From an uncultured Bacteroidota bacterium (lineage in GTDB: Bacteria; Bacteroidota; Bacteroidia; Bacteroidales; UBA12077), in NCBI GenBank assembly GCA_913055635.1, contig CAJXLK010000021.1, forward strand, positions 6,686 to 70,685: a DNA stretch of 64,000 nucleotides, written 5' to 3'. Position numbers and translations under genes: made by a program. The notes below the pieces were generated by a model. It did not search any database and had not been told where the DNA came from. It saw only the letters and a list, made by a program, of their open reading frames with translations. Positions within the stretch are counted from its first letter, which is position 1, and every line of letters begins with the position of its first letter. Below are positions 1 through 7,247 of this stretch, one piece after another.

Positions 1-348
1 TATCTGGCGATGCTTTACATTGGGGCCATACTTGCCGACGTGAACTTCAAGGCCATCGTTAAAAATAAAAGCACCTTCATCCTGAGCCTTAACAAGCTGA
101 TCATCGGCCCGGTCATCCTTATGGTGCTGTTAAACCTGGTTTTGACCCATACCCCGCTGGGACTTAACATGACAGCACAAACGGTGATTATCCTTGAATC
201 GGCCATGCCCTGCATGACCCTGTTGGTGATCCTGGCCCGCAAATATGGGAAGGACGATTTCTACGCCACCCAAAACCTCTCCATATCCACCCTCTTAAGC
301 ATCATCACCCTGCCGTTGATTTTCTATCTCAGCCAGATCATTCTTTGA
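1..348 (+). CDS. AEC (auxin efflux carrier) family permease, C-terminal part; 5' end outside window
   Basis: The frame is open from nt 1 to the stop at 346-348. The translation is strongly hydrophobic and multi-TM (LIIGPVILMVLLNLVL, ILESAMPCMTLLVILARKYG, STLLSIITLPLIFYL), like the C-terminal half of AEC permeases. Confidence 0.7.
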   Translation, partial: YLAMLYIGAILADVNFKAIVKNKSTFILSLNKLIIGPVILMVLLNLVLTHTPLGLNMTAQTVIILESAMPCMTLLVILARKYGKDDFYATQNLSISTLLSIITLPLIFYLSQIIL

Positions 349-350
349 GG

Positions 351-420
351 CAAATGAAACTCCCCCCCATGCAAGGAATTAACAACAAGGCAATGCACGA
401 AGCATGTGGGTTCCATAGAG
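351..420 (-). repeat. Dispersed hairpin element, copy A (partly degenerate)
   Basis: In element sense it reads ctctatggaacccacatgc..ccttgttgt..gcatgggggg..tttcatttg. It starts 3 nt after the permease stop and shares the core of copies B-H. Confidence 0.55.
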
Positions 421-874
421 AGCGTTCCGATAAGAACCAATGGGGATTGATAGGGATGTAATGCTATACTTTAATGATTTTTAATAAGTCTTTATACCAA
501 TGGTGCATAAAGCATTGACTTGAACAATAGGTGCATCAACAAAGGATTCATTATCCATGTGGAGAATAATAACAATCCATAAAGGCCGAACCCTATGTCT
601 GCAACTGGAGAACCGCAGCTTTATTTATATAAGACCTTAATGGTCAGATAATCTCAGCTAAACTGACATGCAGGTATTTTGGCAACAAAAATGTTTTTGA
701 GCAGATCATTCAACAGAAGGCCATCAAATATATCAAACTGATATTCAATGCTATAATTACAATAAGGATTTAAACTCAATCGCTATGCCAATCCGTCCAT
801 ATTTAAAACATTTCTATATAACATCATCCCGTATTATTACGTAAGGATTACCATGTTTCAAAACAAAAAGCTCT

Positions 875-2074
875 ATGTCAGATTATAATAATTATACGCG
901 GGAACAATTGATTGAAGAAATTCAAAAACTTGAGGATCTCAATCAGGCAATTGTTGAGGAAAAAGAAAAGGAGGAGCTGCTCGACTTCTCCTGGACAGGC
1001 AATCTGGGCCACTGGTACTGGCATTTTCCAACCAATACAGTCACCCATAATCCCTTAAAGGTGAAGACCCTGGGCTATTCTACTGAAGAATTGCCCGATA
1101 AGCTTACTTACCAGTTCTTCACCGATAAATTGCATCCCGACGACTATGAGGGGGTGATGCAGGTAATGAGGGAGCACCTGAAAGGCCAGCGGGAGGTCTA
1201 TGAAGTGGAATACCGGATCCAGACGAAAGAGGGAAACTGGAAATATTTCTATGACCGGGGGAAGGTCACCAAACGTGATGAGCAGGGCAATCCCGTTTTG
1301 GTAGCCGGCATTGTTTTTGATGTCACCGAAAAGAAAGAAGCCGAAAAAGCACTGGCAGATACCAACCGCCAGTTGCAGGAAGCCATTCAGACCCGCGACA
1401 AGTTCTTCTCGATCATTTCCCATGATTTGAAAAAGGGTTTTCAGCACCTGTTGGGGATCCCTGATCTGATCCTGAGAAATTTCGGGCATTATTCGGATGA
1501 AAAGATTCGCCACATGGTTGGGATTGTTAAAAAAGAAGCCGAAACCACCCATGCCCTGCTGGAGAATCTCTTTGAATGGTCCAAAGCACAAAGGGGAGCC
1601 ATTGAATTCAGGCCCGAAAAAATCAACATCGCGAACCTTGGAGAGGAATGCATCCGCTACATCAAACCCAAGGCCGATTCCAAAGACTTTATCCTGGTTA
1701 ATCAACTGGAAGATAAAGAAATAACGGCCGACCGGAACATGTTGCAGGCCATACTCCGCAACCTTTTGGATAATGGCGTCAAATTCTCCCCATCCGGCGG
1801 CCGGATTCAATTGAAGGGCCGGGTTGAAGGGCATTCCTACCACTTTGAAATTTCCGATGAAGGCCAGGGCATGCCCAGAAGCATCCGCGATAACCTGTTC
1901 AAAATCGACCAGGATGTATCCAGACCCGGAACACAAAAAGAAAAAGGATCCGGCCTGGGGTTGATCCTGTGCAAAGAATTCGTCGAAAATCACGGTGGAA
2001 GCATTTGGGCCGACTCCTATGAAAACCAGGGATCTGTCTTCCATTTTACCCTGCCCCTGGATCAAGCCCATTAA
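875..2074 (+). CDS. Soluble PAS-domain sensor histidine kinase (orphan)
   Basis: 399-aa ORF with an N-terminal coiled coil and a PAS-like segment (YRIQTKEGNWKYFYDRGKV, VAGIVFDVTEKK). It has an H-box (FFSIISHDLKKGF) and ATPase boxes (LRNLLDNGVKFS, DEGQGM, GSGLGL). No TM helix and no adjacent response regulator. Confidence 0.85.
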   Translation: MSDYNNYTREQLIEEIQKLEDLNQAIVEEKEKEELLDFSWTGNLGHWYWHFPTNTVTHNPLKVKTLGYSTEELPDKLTYQFFTDKLHPDDYEGVMQVMREHLKGQREVYEVEYRIQTKEGNWKYFYDRGKVTKRDEQGNPVLVAGIVFDVTEKKEAEKALADTNRQLQEAIQTRDKFFSIISHDLKKGFQHLLGIPDLILRNFGHYSDEKIRHMVGIVKKEAETTHALLENLFEWSKAQRGAIEFRPEKINIANLGEECIRYIKPKADSKDFILVNQLEDKEITADRNMLQAILRNLLDNGVKFSPSGGRIQLKGRVEGHSYHFEISDEGQGMPRSIRDNLFKIDQDVSRPGTQKEKGSGLGLILCKEFVENHGGSIWADSYENQGSVFHFTLPLDQAH

Positions 2075-2140
2075 GTCCATCATCACTATAAAGGTGGCCT
2101 GGGTAATCATAAAGTCTGTAAAGTATAACGGAGTCTCATA

Positions 2141-2230
2141 AGGTTATTTTTATTTAATTTTTGGGCCTAATGGAACCTGCATGGAATAATCATGTCCTTG
2201 TTGTGAAGGTTACTGGATGCAGGTTTCATT
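2141..2230 (+). repeat. Dispersed hairpin element, copy B
   Basis: aaggttatttttatttaatttttgggcctaatggaacctgcatgg-N-catgtccttgttgtgaaggttactggatgcaggtttcatt. The arms aacctgcat/atgcaggtt are perfectly complementary. Located about 70 nt after the kinase stop. Confidence 0.7.
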
Positions 2231-2429
2231 GGGTAGTCGTTTTAGACCCCATTTTACGAATTGAAAATCAAGGGCATTGGACTGGTTCACTATCTTTAAA
2301 TTCCACTCCCCATGCCACCTCTATCCTGCCCCAGTTTTACCCCTTCCATGTGATACCTTTAAAGATTTTGCTGATTGGAAGTGCATACTTCAAGATGTTC
2401 ACCGGCATCATATCTTAAAACAAATCAGG

Positions 2430-2800
2430 ATATGGGTGACCATAAATATATGGAGAATCCCTTATATATGGGTGTCTTTGATTAAGTGGATGTCCCCGAT
2501 TATATAAATGTTCACGATTATATAGGTGCCTCCTTTCTATATAGTTACCCCCTTATATGGGTGTCTCTTATGAGATGGGTGTTCCCGATTATATTGAAAT
2601 TATCCATTCATTATCCCCCATCTCTATTTCCATTCCAGCGGGCCTAATAAAAAACTGAAGAAATGGCCAATCCGATAAATGGTCCAGTCAGAGGAAAAGG
2701 CCCAATCAATCCAATTAAAAATGGACCAATCCGATAAAAAATCCATTCCAGTATATAAATAATGGTCTAAATAGAAAAAAATGGCCCAAACAGATAGGGT
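2430..2800. repeat. Non-coding region packed with short repeated words
   Basis: ATGGGTGT-type words occur near 2431, 2466, 2556 and 2572. CGATTATAT occurs near 2497, 2515 and 2587. A 50-nt imperfect direct repeat pairs 2459-2510 with 2552-2600. AATGGNCCAA(TCCGATAAA) words occur near 2661, 2678, 2719, 2760 and 2779. Confidence 0.6.
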
Positions 2801-2898
2801 CAACCGGAAGAAAAGGGTCATAGGAGTGAAGATCATTCAAAAGATTCCAAGGCCTTGAGAGGAATCAACCAATTATTAAATGGACAAAAACAACAGCC

Positions 2899-3936
2899 AT
2901 GAAAAATTCAGCCAACAACAACCGGCCCCGCAGGAACTTCAAACATTGGTTCCTGGCGTTTCCAATTTTCTTTTTGACCCTGCTCTCCCTGAACAGCTAT
3001 GGTCAGGATATAACGCAGAAAATATCCAACACCAAATCCCTTTTCGAACAGATGAATGTCGATGAGGTCGACACCAGCTATACCCACCAATGGCTTGAAG
3101 ATTCAAGCCGCTGGGAGCTCTACAACCGGGAGATCAGCCTTTATAAAGCCAAGAACAAACTGATCGGAACCCTCAACGAGCGTTGGAACGATCAAGAAAG
3201 GAACTGGGAAAATTATGACCGTTCGGTCCGCAGCTATGACGACAAGGGTAAGATGATAGAGACCCTGCATCAGCAGTGGGACCCGAAACAAAACGAATGG
3301 CGAAACCTGCAATTGAAAACCTACACCTATGACGGGATGGGCAATAAGAGTGAGGTTCTCTACCATGAATGGCGTCAGGCCGTAGGTCAATGGTTCAGCA
3401 CCATCCGCTACCTGATTGACTACAACATCAACGGGGAAGAAAGCGAGGTGCTGATCAAGGTTTATTCGCCCTCGACCGACACCTGGACCAATGACACACG
3501 TTACTCTTTCGAGTATGATGATGGATTTGGCCCTCCGGACAAAGCCATCGTAGAATCGTGGAATGATTTTGACGAAAGCTGGGAAAATCGGGGTATCTAC
3601 TCCATGCAGTATAACTTCCGGGGCAACAAAGTCAAAGAGAGCCGTTCAACCTGGAATGAGAGCATGAAAAAGTGGATCAACGGCATCCGTTACCTGATGG
3701 ACTACAATAAAGACCTGCTGGTCAACGAGATTGAACAAAGGTGGGACTTCCGCACCAATGAATGGAACAATGCCATCCGCAATCAGTTCACCTACGACGA
3801 CAAAGGTGATGTTAAGGAGATGGTCGAAGAAAGATGGAGTCAGGACAGTTCCAAGTGGATCACCAAGAACATCTTTCTCTATTCCAACATCAAAGAGCTG
3901 GAGGATCAGTACAAAAAACCCGAAAAAAAACAGTAA
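2899..3936 (+). CDS. Secreted repeat protein (about seven ~46-aa Trp/Tyr-Asp-Gly repeats), function unknown
   Basis: Signal-peptide-like N-terminus (FLAFPIFFLTLLSLNSYGQ). Recurring pattern W-x3-5-W...Y-x-YD-x-x-G (WNDQERNWENYDRSVRSYDDKGK, WDPKQNEWRNLQLKTYTYDGMGN, WDFRTNEWNNAIRNQFTYDDKGD). Confidence 0.7.
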   Translation: MKNSANNNRPRRNFKHWFLAFPIFFLTLLSLNSYGQDITQKISNTKSLFEQMNVDEVDTSYTHQWLEDSSRWELYNREISLYKAKNKLIGTLNERWNDQERNWENYDRSVRSYDDKGKMIETLHQQWDPKQNEWRNLQLKTYTYDGMGNKSEVLYHEWRQAVGQWFSTIRYLIDYNINGEESEVLIKVYSPSTDTWTNDTRYSFEYDDGFGPPDKAIVESWNDFDESWENRGIYSMQYNFRGNKVKESRSTWNESMKKWINGIRYLMDYNKDLLVNEIEQRWDFRTNEWNNAIRNQFTYDDKGDVKEMVEERWSQDSSKWITKNIFLYSNIKELEDQYKKPEKKQ

Positions 3937-3946
3937 TTTTGTAATA

Positions 3947-3977
3947 GGGAACCCCCGGTTTCCGCCGGGGTTTTCCC
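3947..3977 (+). terminator. GC-rich hairpin between the repeat-protein gene and the ECF sigma gene
   Basis: gggaacccccgg-tttccg-ccggggttttccc. The inner stem is ccccgg/ccgggg and the outer stem gggaa/ttccc, followed by a T-rich stretch. Confidence 0.5.
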
Positions 3978-4006
3978 TGTTTGGATCCGACAAGCTTGAG
4001 AGGACA

Positions 4007-4558
4007 ATGAAATCAGACGAGAAAAAAATCATCCGGGAAATCAAAAAAGGCGACATTCAGAGCTTTGAGCGGCTTTTTAAGGGGCATTATGAAGCCCTCA
4101 CCTTCTATGCCAACCGCTATTTGAAAGATCTGGACCTTTCCGAGGAAGCTGTCCAGGATGTTTTTTACTCGATCTGGGTCAAACGGGGCGAACTCAACAT
4201 CAGGGAATCCATCAAATCATACCTTTATACCGCCACGCGCAACAAATGCCTTAAGATGCTCAGAGCCGACCAAACGGCCGACAAGTATTCACAATACATT
4301 CAAAAGAGTGACCCTCAAAAGGTTTTTACACCGGTCGATGAACTCAATGCCAAAGAACTCAACAGCCTGATTGAGCGCACCCTTATACAATTGCCCCGGC
4401 GAACCCGGGAGATATTCAGGCTGAACCGGTACCAGGGGATGAAATACACTGAAATAGCTGAAAAAATGTCCATTTCGGTGAAAACCGTTGAAGCCAATAT
4501 GGGCAAAGCTTTGAAAATATTCCGCAAGAATCTGGAGGAATACCTTAAAGTGATTTAA
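4007..4558 (+). CDS. ECF-type RNA polymerase sigma-70 family factor
   Basis: Start chosen at the ATG at 4007 (MKSDEKKIIREIKKGD) because the longer ORF from 3731 overlaps the upstream gene. Region 2-like FERLFKGHYEALTFYANRYL..VQDVFYSIW; region 4-like LPRRTREIFRLNRYQGMKYTEIAEKMSISVKTVEANMGKALK. Confidence 0.85.
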   Translation: MKSDEKKIIREIKKGDIQSFERLFKGHYEALTFYANRYLKDLDLSEEAVQDVFYSIWVKRGELNIRESIKSYLYTATRNKCLKMLRADQTADKYSQYIQKSDPQKVFTPVDELNAKELNSLIERTLIQLPRRTREIFRLNRYQGMKYTEIAEKMSISVKTVEANMGKALKIFRKNLEEYLKVI

Positions 4559-4569
4559 AAAACAACACC

Positions 4570-5577
4570 ATGACAAGCTGGAGCAAACTGGCAAAATATC
4601 TCTCAGGGGAAGCTTCCCCACGGGAAAAGAAGGAGGTGGAGCAGTGGATCAGCCAAAACCCGAACCATCGCAAATCATATGAGGAAACCAAGATGTACTG
4701 GAAAAAAATTGAAAACAGCCATGACCAGCCTACCGTTGATGTCGATCAGGCATGGGATAACCTAAAAAGCCGGATCATGGCCGAACAGCAGGAAGAAGAA
4801 AGGGATCAAAGCACAACTTTCCGGCTGATGTCGCGGAAAGTGCTCAGGTATGCCGCAATGGCCCTGCTGCTGATCGGGCTGGGAGCCGGTGGTTTTTATA
4901 CCTACCGGCATATCCAGACGGCCATGCATACGGTAACGGTCAAATCCCCTGATCATAAAAGCCCGAAACAGATCACCCTCCCCGATGGTTCTCTGGCCAT
5001 GCTGAACCAGGACTCAAAAATCAACTATCCCAAGGCTTTCCGCGAAACCACCCGAAGCATCAACATCAAGGGAGAGGTTTACTTTGAAGTCGAGAGAAAT
5101 ACCGAAAAGCCTTTTGTCATTTCCGCCCGGGATGCCCGCATTGAAGTGCTTGGAACATCATTCAACGTCAACACCCATTTTCCGGAAAGCAAAGTGGAAG
5201 TTTATGTGGCGTCTGGCAAAGTAAGGATGTCCAGAAAAAATCATCCCCAACAATACCTGGTCATTCAACCCGGTTACAAGGGCATTCTAACGCCGAAGGC
5301 CCTTAAAAAGGTAAAAAACACCGACAACAACTATATATCCTGGGCTACAGGTCGTTTAAGGTTCAAGGGACAACAACTATCGGCGGTCACCCAAACCCTG
5401 ATGCGCACTTATAACGTGAACATCGAAATAGCCGATGAATCGGTTAAACAAAACCGGATCACCACCAGTTTCACCAATGAACCCATTGATACGGTTTTGA
5501 CGGTTATTGCTACGACCTTCAACCTGGAAGTGGAAAAAAGCGGCAAAAACGATTATGTGCTTAAATCGGGGAATTAA
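4570..5577 (+). CDS. FecR-family transmembrane anti-sigma factor
   Basis: N-terminus YLSGEASPREKKEVEQWI, a single TM (AAMALLLIGLGAGGFYTY), a FecR-like core (ITLPDGSLAMLNQDSKINYP, VLGTSFNV) and a DUF4974-like C-terminus (LRFKGQQLSAVTQTLMRTYNVNIEI). It starts 11 nt after the sigma gene. Confidence 0.85.
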   Translation: MTSWSKLAKYLSGEASPREKKEVEQWISQNPNHRKSYEETKMYWKKIENSHDQPTVDVDQAWDNLKSRIMAEQQEEERDQSTTFRLMSRKVLRYAAMALLLIGLGAGGFYTYRHIQTAMHTVTVKSPDHKSPKQITLPDGSLAMLNQDSKINYPKAFRETTRSINIKGEVYFEVERNTEKPFVISARDARIEVLGTSFNVNTHFPESKVEVYVASGKVRMSRKNHPQQYLVIQPGYKGILTPKALKKVKNTDNNYISWATGRLRFKGQQLSAVTQTLMRTYNVNIEIADESVKQNRITTSFTNEPIDTVLTVIATTFNLEVEKSGKNDYVLKSGN

Positions 5578-5616
5578 TCGGAGGCCATCCGGCCTGCTTC
5601 CGCAGAAAACAGTTGT

Positions 5617-7155
5617 ATGAAATTTTTCCGGACCATAAAGTGGCTATGCTTTGTTCTGCTCCTCGTTCTCCTGTTCCGGCCTGATTCGATGAGGGCGCAG
5701 GAGAAGGTGCTTGAACAGCCTTTGGACCTTACCATTGAGCGCCTTCCCCTTTACAAAGCTCTGATAAAGATCAACAACGCCACGGGCTACCAGTTTTCCT
5801 ACGACTCCGATATTCTGAACGAGGAGGAGCCCGTATCACTCACTGCGGATAGGCTCTCCCTGAGATCCTGCCTGGATTCGCTGCTGCGCGACACCACCCT
5901 GGCCTATCAGGTGATAGATCAGCATATTGTCATCCACAAGAGAGATCAAAGCCCTTCGCGCAAGGATCGAGGTGGAGAATCGCCCCGCCACATCACCCTG
6001 AAGGGCAGGATCACGGACCGAGAGACTGGCGAAGTCCTTCCCTACGCCAATATTGGCCTTTACAACAAGAGCATGGGTACAATCAGCAATGTGGACGGGG
6101 AGTTCATCCTCAAACTGAACCGGACCCACCTTCAGGATACCCTGGTCGTCTCCTACATGGGGTATGAGAACAAAATGCTGCCCATCAAGAAATTTCACGG
6201 CAGTTCGGTCATAAAACTGGATAAAAAACTATACAGCATTCAGGAAGTGATCGTGCGCACCTCGGATGCCAGCATGATCATGAACCAGGCGATGCAGCGC
6301 ATCCGCGAAAATTACTTTTACAGCCCCATCATCGCCACAGGTTTTTACCGGGAAACCGTTCAGCGAAAAGATCAATATACTTCGGTTTCAGAGGCAGTGG
6401 TGAATATGTACAAACCCTACGACAAGCTGTTTCAGGCTCCGCGGATCAAAATTCTCAAAAGCCGTAAAAGTTGGGATGTCAACCAAAAAGACAGCATCAC
6501 CCTCAAACTGAAGGCCGGCCTGGAAGCGGTGCTCCTGCTCGATATTGCCCACGAACGCCTCTCCTTTTTTAATCCCCACACCATCCAGAATTATCAGTAT
6601 GAAGTGGCCAACATCAGCCATTTTGACAACCACAACACGTATGTGGTCGAATTTTCCCCGGCCCGCGAAACCGATATGCCGCTGTACACCGGTAAACTAT
6701 ACATTGACGTGAAAACCCTGGCCCTGGTGAGTGCCGAATTTCACCTGAACCGCGAAAACCTCAATAAGATTGCCAGCTCACTGATCATCAAGAAAAAATG
6801 GGACATCAATGTGAACCCGCAGAGCGTAAACTATCATGTCAGCTACCGGCGCATCCAGGGGAAATATTTCCTGAACCAGATCCGCGGGGATCTGCATTTC
6901 AAGGTCAGGAAAAAGAACCAACTCTTTGCCGAGGATTTTCAGGTCACCTTCGACATGTTTGTCAGCCATGTGGACACCTCGGATGTCTCGAAATTTGAGC
7001 GGGGGGATATCTTCAAGCCGCACCAGGTATTCATTGAACAGATCCGGGATTATGATCCCTCCTTTTGGGGCGAATACAACTACATCAAACCCAACGAGCC
7101 CATCCGTGAGACGGTCAGCAAACTGGGCTCCAAAATCGAAATGCTGAAGGAATGA
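5617..7155 (+). CDS. STN-like plus carboxypeptidase-regulatory-like domain protein (512 aa) without a TonB-dependent barrel
   Basis: Signal peptide (WLCFVLLLVLLFRPDSMRAQE). STN-like segment (LDLTIERLPLYKALIKINNATGYQFSYDSD...LAYQVIDQHIVI). CarboxypepD_reg-like segment (LKGRITDRETGEVLPYANIGLYNKSMGTISNVDGEFIL). Too short for a SusC/TBDT barrel, and no plug motif was seen. Confidence 0.7.
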   Translation: MKFFRTIKWLCFVLLLVLLFRPDSMRAQEKVLEQPLDLTIERLPLYKALIKINNATGYQFSYDSDILNEEEPVSLTADRLSLRSCLDSLLRDTTLAYQVIDQHIVIHKRDQSPSRKDRGGESPRHITLKGRITDRETGEVLPYANIGLYNKSMGTISNVDGEFILKLNRTHLQDTLVVSYMGYENKMLPIKKFHGSSVIKLDKKLYSIQEVIVRTSDASMIMNQAMQRIRENYFYSPIIATGFYRETVQRKDQYTSVSEAVVNMYKPYDKLFQAPRIKILKSRKSWDVNQKDSITLKLKAGLEAVLLLDIAHERLSFFNPHTIQNYQYEVANISHFDNHNTYVVEFSPARETDMPLYTGKLYIDVKTLALVSAEFHLNRENLNKIASSLIIKKKWDINVNPQSVNYHVSYRRIQGKYFLNQIRGDLHFKVRKKNQLFAEDFQVTFDMFVSHVDTSDVSKFERGDIFKPHQVFIEQIRDYDPSFWGEYNYIKPNEPIRETVSKLGSKIEMLKE

Positions 7156-7167
7156 CCCCGTTTGGAA

Positions 7168-7247
7168 TGACCCCGCTTAGCGGGGTCATTTTTGGTGGTA
7201 CCCCGCTAAGCGGGGTCTATTTTTGTGGTACCCCGCTAAGCGGGGTA
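7168..7247. repeat. Three tandem REP-like 17-nt palindromes (ACCCCGCTWAGCGGGGT) between convergent genes; probable bidirectional terminators
   Basis: tgaccccgcttagcggggtca at 7168-7188, accccgctaagcggggt at 7200-7216 and taccccgctaagcggggta at 7229-7247. Each is followed by a T-run. The loop is flipped (cttag versus ctaag) between copies. Confidence 0.8.

Noticed and set aside
1055-2110. Long antisense ORFs opposite well-supported genes: 1055-2110, 7152-7709, 18214-18834, 20577-21530, 36167-36949, 43808-44614, 46481-47542, 49323-50516 and 52938-53813.
   Set aside because: Each lies entirely inside a gene with clear family motifs on the other strand. Their translations are low-complexity (Gly/Val/Phe/Leu-rich) with no recognisable motifs. 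They are typical shadow ORFs.
3731-4558. The 275-aa version of the ECF sigma ORF starting at 3731.
   Set aside because: Its first 92 codons overlap the upstream repeat-protein gene and cross a terminator-like hairpin. Sigma-factor similarity begins at the ATG at 4007.
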